In this document: positions 9,233 through 19,755 of the stretch, one piece after another
Layout: every line of letters starts with the position of its first letter
How positions within the stretch are numbered: the first letter of the stretch is position 1
Position numbers and translations under genes: made by a program
Notes under the pieces: generated by a model
Databases searched by the model: none
What the model saw: the letters and a program-made list of their open reading frames with translations, nothing else
Told to the model about the DNA's origin: nothing
Assembly (NCBI GenBank): GCA_033851265.1
Contig: JAWWOW010000023.1
Coordinates: 96,675 to 160,674 of the forward strand
Length of the DNA: 64,000 bases
DNA from: Frankiales bacterium
Lineage (GTDB): Bacteria; Actinomycetota; Actinomycetes; JAWWOW01
Direction: 5' to 3'

Positions 9233-9940
9233 ATGCAGTTGCCCCCCGCACTTTCTGAGCATCTGCCCACCCCCCACGTCATCCACCTGCCGCCCTTCCG
9301 AGACCTGCTCCGGCGTACCGCCGAGAATGTCCTCGAGGCGACCGTTGTCCCGATGATGCTCTTCTACTTGTTCTTGACCATGATCGGCCTTCGGTGGGCG
9401 CTTGTCGCGGCCCTCGGGTGGGCGTACGCCGCGATCATCCGCCGCCTCATCGGCCGCCAGCGAGTGCCGGGCCTGCTGGTGATGGCTGCTGTGCTGTTCA
9501 CCGCACGGACGGTGATTGCGCTCGTGACGGGCAGCACCTTCATCTATTTCCTGCAGCCGACTCTGGGCACGTTCCTGGTGTCCGCCTTGTTCTTGATCTC
9601 GGTGCCGATGGGTCGTCCCCTGGCCGAGCGGTTGGCCCACGACTTTTGCGCGTTGCCCGAGTCACTGATCGCCAATGTGCACGTCAAGAAGTTCTTCCTG
9701 CGCATCTCGCTGCTGTGGGCGTTCACCTACATGGTCAACGGCGCGATGGCGCTCTACCTCCTGACGAGCTCGTCGCTCGGCACATACCTAGTGATGCGGC
9801 AGGTTGTGTCGTTCACGCTGTTGGTGTCGGCGATCACGTTCTCGTCGCTGTACTTCTTCCGTTCTTTGCGCCACGAGGGCATCGTCCTGCGCTGGCACAA
9901 GAAGGCCGGCCCTGCGGACGGCGTGCCCGTCGCCGCCTGA
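9233..9940 (+). CDS. VC0807/DUF3159-like membrane protein
   Basis: Several TM helices; YFLQP, SVPMGRPLAERLAHDF and ISLLW pattern; start uncertain (9113 possible). Confidence 0.7.
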   Translation: MQLPPALSEHLPTPHVIHLPPFRDLLRRTAENVLEATVVPMMLFYLFLTMIGLRWALVAALGWAYAAIIRRLIGRQRVPGLLVMAAVLFTARTVIALVTGSTFIYFLQPTLGTFLVSALFLISVPMGRPLAERLAHDFCALPESLIANVHVKKFFLRISLLWAFTYMVNGAMALYLLTSSSLGTYLVMRQVVSFTLLVSAITFSSLYFFRSLRHEGIVLRWHKKAGPADGVPVAA

Positions 9941-9941
9941 G

Positions 9942-10541
9942 TCAGCTCGGGTCGAGGGCTAGATCGGCGAGCAGGCTGATGCGCGTCGGCCCGCTGATCG
10001 GCACCTCGTCGGCATACTCCGGATGATCGACAGCCAACACAGCCGGCACTGACGGATCGCGGAAAGCGTCGCGCTGCTCATCGGTGAACGCGAATCGCAA
10101 GAAGTGCACGGACGCGGTCGTCTCTGGCTCGAGCTCCTCGTCGACGCCAGGAAGCTCACGACCCGGGACGGACTCGCCGCCGACGTCGATACGCAACGAA
10201 TGGTGTACGCCGGACAACCTGGCCAACTCGTCTTTGACCGTGCGCGGGTCCTCGAGCTCGATGAACAGCGTGCAACACAACTCGTGACTCGTCGGGAGCA
10301 TGCGCGCGTAGGCCTCGACTTCAGCCGCCGCCTCGCCGGGGTCGCTGATGCCTTCGGCGTACACCATTTCTTGCACCTGATAGCGCAGCGTTTCAGCGTT
10401 TTCGAACTCGCAGACCAACTGGTCGCCGAGGCGCAGCCGACGGTCCCGCCGCAGTGGAATCATCCGGTCGCGCTCGGCCGGCCGGCGCTCGGCGTACATA
10501 CCGCGGTCGAGCACGAGCTCGTCAGCGCTGAAGCGGGTCAT
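9942..10541 (-). CDS. DUF3501 family protein
   Basis: RRLRLGD..FEN..TLRYQVQEM, TLFIE, SVHFLRF and DHPEY motifs. Confidence 0.88.
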   Translation of the reverse strand: MTRFSADELVLDRGMYAERRPAERDRMIPLRRDRRLRLGDQLVCEFENAETLRYQVQEMVYAEGISDPGEAAAEVEAYARMLPTSHELCCTLFIELEDPRTVKDELARLSGVHHSLRIDVGGESVPGRELPGVDEELEPETTASVHFLRFAFTDEQRDAFRDPSVPAVLAVDHPEYADEVPISGPTRISLLADLALDPS

Positions 10542-10548
10542 TGCCGCA

Positions 10549-10980
10549 TCAGGCCTCCGCCGTGGCGCCGTTCAAGCGCTGGCAGTCAGCGCACAGTCCG
10601 TGGAACCGCAGGTCGTAGCCGGTGACGTCGAACCCAGTGTCGTGAGCGATGCCGCGGGCTGCAGTGGTGATCGGGGAGGCGGTCAGGCGCGGCACGTCGA
10701 CGGCACGCCCGCAGGTGTCACAGACGACGTGATCGTGATGCGTTGTGTTCCCGTCGTACCGCGCACTGGCGCCATCACCGAGCGAAAGCTCGAGCGCTTG
10801 GCCACTCTCGACCAGCAGACCCAGACTTCGATAGACGGTGGCCGCTCCGATACCGGGGTGCTGATGGCGAACCCGGTCAATAACCTCCGCAGCCGTGGGG
10901 TGATCCGTGCAACCGCGCAGGACCTCGAGAACGGCACGACGCTGCGGGGTGAGCCGCAACTCGGGTCCGGTCGTCGGCAT
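10549..10980 (-). CDS. furA: Fur/PerR family transcriptional repressor
   Basis: RLTPQRRAVL, HPTA, ATVYRSL, HHDHVVCDTC and GLCADC; ATG 10980 with GAAGGA RBS. Confidence 0.9.
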   Translation of the reverse strand: MPTTGPELRLTPQRRAVLEVLRGCTDHPTAAEVIDRVRHQHPGIGAATVYRSLGLLVESGQALELSLGDGASARYDGNTTHHDHVVCDTCGRAVDVPRLTASPITTAARGIAHDTGFDVTGYDLRFHGLCADCQRLNGATAEA

Positions 10981-10996
10981 CGTGGGTCCTTCGCTC

Positions 10997-11019
10997 GGAT
11001 TGATAACGATTATCAATCC
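10997..11019. promoter_or_regulatory. Fur-box-like palindrome between divergent fur and katG
   Basis: GGATTGATAA-CGA-TTATCAATCC (perfect 10-bp arms); core TGATAAC-G-ATTATCA is one mismatch from the 7-1-7 Fur box. Confidence 0.85.
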
Positions 11020-11096
11020 TACTACGATCGGCCCGATGCAAAACCGAGCGCGGCGCGCGTTGACGGTCGTGGTACCAAGCAGGTCAACAGCGGTGA

Positions 11097-13331
<2,235 letters not shown>

Positions 13332-13409
13332 CTCGCACCGCGATCACCACCAACGCCTGAGGTCACCGCCAGAGGTACCGCAGGGTGTCCGCCGGTAGAG
13401 TCCGCGAGC

Positions 13410-13862
13410 GTGACGCACGGACAGAACGCCGAACTGCCGGCGGGCGAGGCTCCCGAGCCGGACCCGCTGACCGTGCTCGTCTACAGCGACGACGCTGCGA
13501 TCCGCCGGCAGGTGATCCTCGCGCTGGGTCCCCGTCCAGCCAAGGACGTGCCGCCGGTGACGTACGTCGAGGTCGCCACCGAACCCGTCGTGCATCGCAC
13601 CGTCGCCGCGGGGGGCATCGACCTGGCGATCCTCGACGGGGAGGCCTGGCCTGCGGGTGGCATGGGCATCTGCCGGCAGCTCAAGGACGAGATCCTCGAC
13701 CCGCCACCGGTCCTCGTCCTGATCGGTCGCCGCGACGACGCGTGGCTCGCGAGCTGGTCGCTGGCAGACGCCGTCGTTACGCACCCGATCGACCCGCCGG
13801 CCCTCATCGATGCTGCGGTGGGCCTGTTGCGCCAGCGGGACGCTCGTCTCCCGGCGCACTGA
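13410..13862 (+). CDS. Stand-alone receiver-like protein conserved upstream of trpD
   Basis: VLVYSDD, ILDGEAWPAGGMGICRQLKDEI. Confidence 0.85.
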   Translation: MTHGQNAELPAGEAPEPDPLTVLVYSDDAAIRRQVILALGPRPAKDVPPVTYVEVATEPVVHRTVAAGGIDLAILDGEAWPAGGMGICRQLKDEILDPPPVLVLIGRRDDAWLASWSLADAVVTHPIDPPALIDAAVGLLRQRDARLPAH

Positions 13863-13877
13863 CGTTGTGACGTTGCC

Positions 13878-14936
13878 GTGAACGCTCCGGCCGGCCCGAC
13901 CTGGCCTGCTCTGCTCGCCGCGCTGTTGCGTCGCCAGGATCTCGGCCCCGATGACACCCGCTGGGCGATGAACGAGGTCATATCGGGGGAGGCGACGCCG
14001 TCACAGGTTGCGGCGTTCATCACGGCGTTGCGCGCTAAGGGTGAGACAGCGGATGAGGTGCTCGGTCTCGCCACGGCGATGCTCGACCAGGCGCCGCCGT
14101 TAGGCCTCGACGGTCTAACCCTCATCGACACGTGCGGGACCGGCGGCGACGGCGCGCACACCGTCAACGTGTCCACGATGGCGGCAGTCCTCGTTGCAGC
14201 CGCCGGAGGGCTCGTCATCAAGCACGGCAACCGCGCGGCCTCATCCGCGTCTGGCTCGGCCGATGTGCTGGAAGCCCTCGGCGTGGCGATCGATCTGCAG
14301 CCCGCGCAGGTGGCGGCCTGCGTCCGGGACGTGCGGATCGGGTTCTGTTTTGCTCCGGTGTTCCACGCCGGCATGCGCCATGCCGCGGTGTCGCGACGCG
14401 AGATCGGCGTGCCCACCATTTTCAACTTCCTCGGCCCACTGACCAACCCAGCGCGGCCCCGGATACAAGCGGTCGGCTGCTCGGACGCGCGGATGGCACC
14501 CGTCATGGCAGGCGTGCTCGCCGAGCGCGGAACATTCGCGCTCGTGTTTCGCGGTGATGACGGTCTTGACGAGCTGTCAACCGCGACACCGTCGACCGTA
14601 TGGATGGTGCGCGACGGCACTGTGAGTGAGACGCGCATTGACCCGGCTGCACTCGGGATCAAGCCACCTGAGCCGGATGCGTTGCGTGGAGCCGACCCGG
14701 CGTACAACGCCGACGTTGCCCGGCGCGTGTTCGACGGGGAGAAGGGACCAGTGCGTGATGCGGTTGTCCTGAACGCCGCGGCGGCGCTTGTTGCCCTCGA
14801 CGCGACCGTGGATGATCTCGACGACCTGCTTGTCGGCGCGATGCGCAAGGTCAGTGACGCCATCGATCTGGGGGAAGCGCGCGGCGTGCTCGACCGTTGG
14901 GTGCGCGTCAGCCAGGAGCTAGCGGCGGCCCACTAA
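13878..14936 (+). CDS. trpD: Anthranilate phosphoribosyltransferase
   Basis: DTCGTGGDG, NVST, KHGNR, GSADVLEALG and DGLDE motifs. Confidence 0.97.
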   Translation: MNAPAGPTWPALLAALLRRQDLGPDDTRWAMNEVISGEATPSQVAAFITALRAKGETADEVLGLATAMLDQAPPLGLDGLTLIDTCGTGGDGAHTVNVSTMAAVLVAAAGGLVIKHGNRAASSASGSADVLEALGVAIDLQPAQVAACVRDVRIGFCFAPVFHAGMRHAAVSRREIGVPTIFNFLGPLTNPARPRIQAVGCSDARMAPVMAGVLAERGTFALVFRGDDGLDELSTATPSTVWMVRDGTVSETRIDPAALGIKPPEPDALRGADPAYNADVARRVFDGEKGPVRDAVVLNAAAALVALDATVDDLDDLLVGAMRKVSDAIDLGEARGVLDRWVRVSQELAAAH

Positions 14937-14979
14937 CGCGATCGGCAGCCCACATATACGTCCAGGGATGATGAGGGAC

Positions 14980-15357
14980 ATGGCTGAGTATCCATTCAAG
15001 TTCGATTCCAAGTACCGCCCGCTGCTTCGTGGCTTTGGAGTGACGCCGACGAATTCGCGCATCACGGTTGCCGACGGCGAATTGGACGTGCGGTTCGGGC
15101 CGTGGCATCTGCGGACGCCGGTGAGCAACATTGCGGGCACGCAGCGGTCCGGTCCCTACAAGGCCTACAAAGCGATTGGCGTGCGTGGCTCACTCGCTGA
15201 CTCCGGTGTGACGTTCGGAACGACAACCGACGGTGGGTTGTGCGTGCTGTTCAAGGAGCGCGTGCCCGGGATGCTGCCCTTCGGATTGCGCAAACACGAG
15301 GGCATGACGGTGACACCGGAAGACATCGAAGGCCTTGAGCAGGCGCTCACACAGTGA
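14980..15357 (+). CDS. Conserved hypothetical protein (PH-like)
   Basis: GAGGGA RBS; VRFGPW...TPVSNI...SLADSGVTFGT pattern. Confidence 0.65.
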   Translation: MAEYPFKFDSKYRPLLRGFGVTPTNSRITVADGELDVRFGPWHLRTPVSNIAGTQRSGPYKAYKAIGVRGSLADSGVTFGTTTDGGLCVLFKERVPGMLPFGLRKHEGMTVTPEDIEGLEQALTQ

Positions 15358-15376
15358 CGTGGCGCGCGAACGTTGC

Positions 15377-15664
15377 TTAGTCGGCGTCCTCGAAACCGAG
15401 GGCGAACGCCGCTTCTAGGTCGTGGCGCGAATAGCTGCGGAACGCGATGTGTGTCTCGGTCGACAGCACGCCGTCAACCTTGTTGAGCTGATCGGCGATG
15501 ACGTCGGCGAACCTGTCGTGTTCACGGACGCGCACCATTGCGATGAGGTCGACGTCTCCGGTCACGGAGTAGACCTCGGTCACGCCATCGATCTCGGCGA
15601 TGCGTTGCGCGACTTCGGGGATAGCACTCACATCGGCTGCGATGAGGACGATCGCTGTGATCAC
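15377..15664 (-). CDS. Lrp/AsnC ligand-binding domain protein
   Basis: MITAIVLI...EVYSVTGDVDLIA...TETHIAF; start overlaps the upstream stop. Confidence 0.9.
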   Translation of the reverse strand: MITAIVLIAADVSAIPEVAQRIAEIDGVTEVYSVTGDVDLIAMVRVREHDRFADVIADQLNKVDGVLSTETHIAFRSYSRHDLEAAFALGFEDAD

Positions 15665-17448
15665 GCGGGTGACTTTAGTGCCCGCGCCGGACGGTGGGCC
15701 GGGCGCAGTCCGCGACGGTCGCGAAACGGCTCGGCCGCGTCGAGCGCGCTAGCAGCCAGCTGCCGGTGGCGTTCGGCGCCGCCGGTCGGGCAGGTCCACT
15801 CACCATCGAGCTCGACGAGGCGTACGCCGGCTTGGTCGAGCCAGCGCAGGACGCACTCCATCTCTTCTGCAGTGGCGCAGGGGAGTGGACCGGCGGCGGG
15901 AGTCACGGTCTCGGCGGTGGCGAGCAACGCGTCGACGTACGGCCGCGGTGCTGCCCCGGGCAGGACAGTGCCGGCGGCGACCAGGCGGCCGTGGCGTACG
16001 ACGTGCAGCTCGAAGCCACCGTCATCGGTGCGCCGCGCGGCGACAAGTTGCGCGCAACGGCCGAGGGCCGCAAGCCGTTGGTAGCGGGCCGTCGCGCGCA
16101 GGAACGCCGCGAGCCGGTCGCGGTGCCGGGCGGCCTCTTCGTAACGGAGCACAGCAGCGAGTCGACCGATGCGTGTCGTCAACGCTGTGACGACGGCATC
16201 GGGTGAGCCGGTGATGGCGGTGCGCACACCGTCAGCGTGGACGGCGTACGCCGTGACGGACTCGTGTCCCTCGCAGGGCGCACCGCACCGGTCCATGCCT
16301 GCGAGTGCGCATGCGGGGGTGTTGCGGTGCTCGGAAACTCGTTGCGTGCATTGCCGGATCGGGAACGTCTCGTGCAACGCCGTCATCGCCGCCTCGGCTT
16401 GACGGCGGGAGCCGAACGGTCCGAGGTAGGTCGCACCGTCATCACGGACTTCGCGCACCCGCGATAGACGCGGGAACGCTTCGACGGTGAGCTTCAACCA
16501 CGACGCGCGTTCGGGGAAGCGCGACCGCCGGTTGTAGCGGGGCTTGTGTTCGGCGATCAGGCGCAGCTCGCGAACTTCGGCCTCGAGCGGCGTCGCGCAG
16601 ACGACGGCGTCGACGCGCTCGGCGATGGTGACCATCTCGGCCATGCGGGTGCGCGACTCCGACGAGACGAAGTAGTGACGAACACGACTACGCAGATTGC
16701 GGCTGCGGCCGACGTAGAGCGGGCGACCGCTGGCGTCGCGGAAGAGATAGACACCGGGCGCCTGCGGCAGTCCCTCGGCGAGGTGGCGTTTGCGGCGTAC
16801 CTCTGGACTGACCTGCGAGCTGAACGTCGCCAGCTCTTCCAGCGACTGGACGCCGAGATTGCCGACGCGCTCCAAGAGTTGGTGAAGGACATGGACGGTC
16901 GCGCGTGCATCGGCTAGAGCCCGGTGCTCGGGTGTTGTGGGGGAGCGGAAGATGCGCGCGAGGGTGGCGAGTCGGCAGTCGGGTGCCTCGTCGCGGGTGA
17001 GGACGCGGCGCGCGAGCCGTGCTGTGTCGAGGCTGGAGTAGCCAGGCCAGGCGCGTTCGGTCTCGGTGCAGGCCGCCCGCAGGAAGCCGAGGTCGAACGG
17101 CGCGTTGTGGGCAACGAGCACTGACCCTCTGGCGAACTCGAGGAACGACGGCAACACGGTGCTGATGTCGGGTGCGTTGGCGACCATCGGGTCGGTGATG
17201 CCGGTGAGCACCGCGATGAACGGCGGGATCGCGACGCCGGGATTGACCAGTGTCTGGAACTCGCCGAGGACTTCGCCGCTGCGCACTTTGACCGCGCCGA
17301 CTTCGGTGATGGCCGATGTCGCTGGTGAGCCGCCGGTGGTCTCGAGGTCGACGACGACGAACGTGACGTCGCGCAGTGGAGTGCCGAGCTCGTCGAACGT
17401 CCCTTGCCGGGGGAGGGCGGTGAGGCCGAGCGAGGGCGTTGCTGTCAC
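15661..17448 (-). CDS. DEDD exonuclease fused to GIY-YIG/UvrC-like domain (Rv2191-like)
   Basis: VDLETTG, AHNAPFD and HRALADA; PGVYLF..LYVG...EVRELRLI..PRYN. Confidence 0.93.
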   Translation of the reverse strand: MTATPSLGLTALPRQGTFDELGTPLRDVTFVVVDLETTGGSPATSAITEVGAVKVRSGEVLGEFQTLVNPGVAIPPFIAVLTGITDPMVANAPDISTVLPSFLEFARGSVLVAHNAPFDLGFLRAACTETERAWPGYSSLDTARLARRVLTRDEAPDCRLATLARIFRSPTTPEHRALADARATVHVLHQLLERVGNLGVQSLEELATFSSQVSPEVRRKRHLAEGLPQAPGVYLFRDASGRPLYVGRSRNLRSRVRHYFVSSESRTRMAEMVTIAERVDAVVCATPLEAEVRELRLIAEHKPRYNRRSRFPERASWLKLTVEAFPRLSRVREVRDDGATYLGPFGSRRQAEAAMTALHETFPIRQCTQRVSEHRNTPACALAGMDRCGAPCEGHESVTAYAVHADGVRTAITGSPDAVVTALTTRIGRLAAVLRYEEAARHRDRLAAFLRATARYQRLAALGRCAQLVAARRTDDGGFELHVVRHGRLVAAGTVLPGAAPRPYVDALLATAETVTPAAGPLPCATAEEMECVLRWLDQAGVRLVELDGEWTCPTGGAERHRQLAASALDAAEPFRDRRGLRPAHRPARALKSPA

Positions 17449-17456
17449 GTTTTGCG

Positions 17457-17478
17457 ACGTTAACTGCGACTACCGACA
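17457..17478 (-). promoter_or_regulatory. PafBC-type (RecA-NDp) DNA-damage promoter
   Basis: Minus strand TGTCGG-tagtcgcagt-TA-acg-T matches TGTCGG-N10-TA-N3-T exactly; 8 nt before the GTG start. Confidence 0.85.
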
Positions 17479-17576
17479 GAACGACGGCGCAACGCCGCAA
17501 CCCACCCACAACCAGCGCGCACTGGGTGACCTACCCGGCGACGTGCCGTGTGCGTGGTGAGTTGCCGGCGGTTAGC

Positions 17577-19136
17577 TCACCCAGTGGCGATGGGTTTGGG
17601 GCCGTGGGCGGTGGCCACTTCGGAGGCGGCGGGTTCGGCGAGGGCGCGGTCGGCCGGGACGAGGCCGATGCGGGTACGCCGGTCGAGCAGGTCGTCGGCG
17701 TCGAGCGCACCTTCGTGGCGCAGCCCGAACATCAACTCGGCTCGGGTTGTCGGCACGGTGGGCGCGATGGGGTCGAGCAACGACGGATCACCGTCAGCCA
17801 GGGCGATGACCGCGACAGCTTCGGCGCCGTACTTGCGGACCATCCGCTCCGGAGCGTGCACCGCTGCCAGCGCCGGGGGAGAGGCGGCGCCGACCAGCGG
17901 GATGTCCTTGGTGCGACACGGCCCTGCGGTCACGCCAGGCCGCCCGGCGAGGAGGTCGACGGTGTCTTCCGCCATCTGCCGATAGGTCGTCAGCTTCCCG
18001 CCAACGACCGTGATGACCTGGTCACCGCCGACGACGACGGAGTGCCGACGCGACAGGTCCGCAGTGCTGCCGGACTCGCCAGCGAGCAGAGGACGCAAGC
18101 CGGCGTAGGACCCGATGACATCGCTCTCAGTCAGCGGGCGCTCGAGACATCTCGACAACGTGCTCAGCAGGAACGTCACATCGCCGTCGTCAGCAGTCGG
18201 CACCTCGGGGATAGGAGCGCTGACCGGATCGTCAGTGAGGCCGACGATCACGCGGTCATCGGCGATCGGCACGGCAAAGACGAAGCGGAACCGCTCACCC
18301 ACGACGGGGATGGTGAATCCGACGTGCGGTGAGCCGAGCGTTGATGAACGCAGGACGACGTGCGCGCCCTTGCTCGGCGTGAGATGGATGTTGTCGGCGA
18401 GTGTGTCGGCCCAGACACCGGTCGCGTTGACCACGTGACGTGCACGGATGTCGATGGTTGCGCCCGTGCGTTCGTCGCGAACATGCGCGCCGCTGCCGTC
18501 GATGGACTCTGCGGCGCAGTAGGTGAGGATGCGTGCGCCGTACGCCGCTGCCGTGCGTGCAACGGTGACGACGAGTCGCGCATCGTCCTCGACCTGTCCG
18601 TCGGTGTAGGAAACGCCGCCGCGTAATCCCTTCGCCGCTATGGCTGGCACCGCCGCGCGGACCTCCTCTGGTCCGATGTACCGCGCCCGCGGCAACAGCG
18701 CGGCTGGGGTGCCGGACAACTTGCGCAGGACATCAGCAGCCGCCCAGCCGAGACGCCCCAGCGTGGCCGTCGTCCGGGAAAGGTCCGGCGTGAACGCTCC
18801 GATCCAGCCCAGCCGTCGCACGAGGTGAGGGGCGGTCCGACGGATGAGGACGTCGCGCTCGCGGGCGCTCTCGTAGGCGATGCCGAGCTGACCTTGCGCC
18901 AAGTAACGCAAACCGCCATGGATGAGTTTCGAGCTCCATCGGCTGGTCCCGTGCGCGAGATCGCGCCGTTCGACGAGCGCGACGGACAGCCCACGTGTCG
19001 CCGCATCGAGCGCGACGCCGACACCGGTGATGCCACCGCCAATGACGAGCACGTCGACGACTTCGCCGCCCGCGAGTGCGTCGAGGTCGCGCTGCCGGCG
19101 TTCGGCGTTGAGAGAGGAGCCCGTGGCGATGGTCAT
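17577..19136 (-). CDS. glpD: FAD-dependent glycerol-3-phosphate dehydrogenase/oxidase
   Basis: VIGGGITG, GTSRWSSKLIHGGLRYL and GGKLTTYR; ATG 19136 overlaps the TetR stop. Confidence 0.92.
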   Translation of the reverse strand: MTIATGSSLNAERRQRDLDALAGGEVVDVLVIGGGITGVGVALDAATRGLSVALVERRDLAHGTSRWSSKLIHGGLRYLAQGQLGIAYESARERDVLIRRTAPHLVRRLGWIGAFTPDLSRTTATLGRLGWAAADVLRKLSGTPAALLPRARYIGPEEVRAAVPAIAAKGLRGGVSYTDGQVEDDARLVVTVARTAAAYGARILTYCAAESIDGSGAHVRDERTGATIDIRARHVVNATGVWADTLADNIHLTPSKGAHVVLRSSTLGSPHVGFTIPVVGERFRFVFAVPIADDRVIVGLTDDPVSAPIPEVPTADDGDVTFLLSTLSRCLERPLTESDVIGSYAGLRPLLAGESGSTADLSRRHSVVVGGDQVITVVGGKLTTYRQMAEDTVDLLAGRPGVTAGPCRTKDIPLVGAASPPALAAVHAPERMVRKYGAEAVAVIALADGDPSLLDPIAPTVPTTRAELMFGLRHEGALDADDLLDRRTRIGLVPADRALAEPAASEVATAHGPKPIATG

Positions 19137-19738
19137 GCGGGATCCGGTCGCAGGTAGCAGTCGAGGAGGGTGCCGAGCTCGGTGAATGCGCGACTGCGCG
19201 ACGGCGCCTTCGGGATGCGCGCCGCCAACACAAAAGACTGCACCGTCAGCAGCAACGCGTGGGCGAGCGTGCGTGCGTCGCCCGAACGGATCGATCCGTC
19301 GCTCTGTCCCTCGCTGATCCAGGAACGAAGCAGATCGAGAGCCAACTGCTGGGTGCTGCCGAACCGCTCGACAACATAGGGGAGCAACAGCTCGGGGTCG
19401 ACCTCGACCACCCGCCGGAACATCGGGCTCTCCGGCAGTGCTCGTGCGACGGCGACCGTGCTTTGCACCAGCCGGGCTCGCGCGGTCGGCAACCGCTGCG
19501 CCGCGACGGTCGACTCGTCGACCAGCGTGCCGAACTCCTGGGTCATGAGGGCAGCGACCAGCGCATTCACGTCGGGGAACGCGCGGTAGACGGTCATCCG
19601 GCTGACCCCGGCCCGTCGAGCGACGTCGACCAGCGTCGTACGCCGGACACCGACGGCCAGCACGCTCTCCCGGGCAGCGTCCAACAGTGCGGCGCGGCTG
19701 TCCGTGCTGACACCACCGTTGTGACGGATAGACGTCAT
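19133..19738 (-). CDS. TetR family regulator
   Basis: HTH: GVRRTTLVDVARRAGVSRMTVYR. Confidence 0.93.
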   Translation of the reverse strand: MTSIRHNGGVSTDSRAALLDAARESVLAVGVRRTTLVDVARRAGVSRMTVYRAFPDVNALVAALMTQEFGTLVDESTVAAQRLPTARARLVQSTVAVARALPESPMFRRVVEVDPELLLPYVVERFGSTQQLALDLLRSWISEGQSDGSIRSGDARTLAHALLLTVQSFVLAARIPKAPSRSRAFTELGTLLDCYLRPDPA

Positions 19739-19755
19739 ATGTCACACTGTATCGC

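Noticed and set aside
13481-14863. Long antisense ORFs (also 25573..27036, 41897..43060, 62324..63853)
   Set aside because: These are typical stop-poor shadows in high-GC DNA opposite well-supported genes; only the ligase-like piece of the last one was kept.
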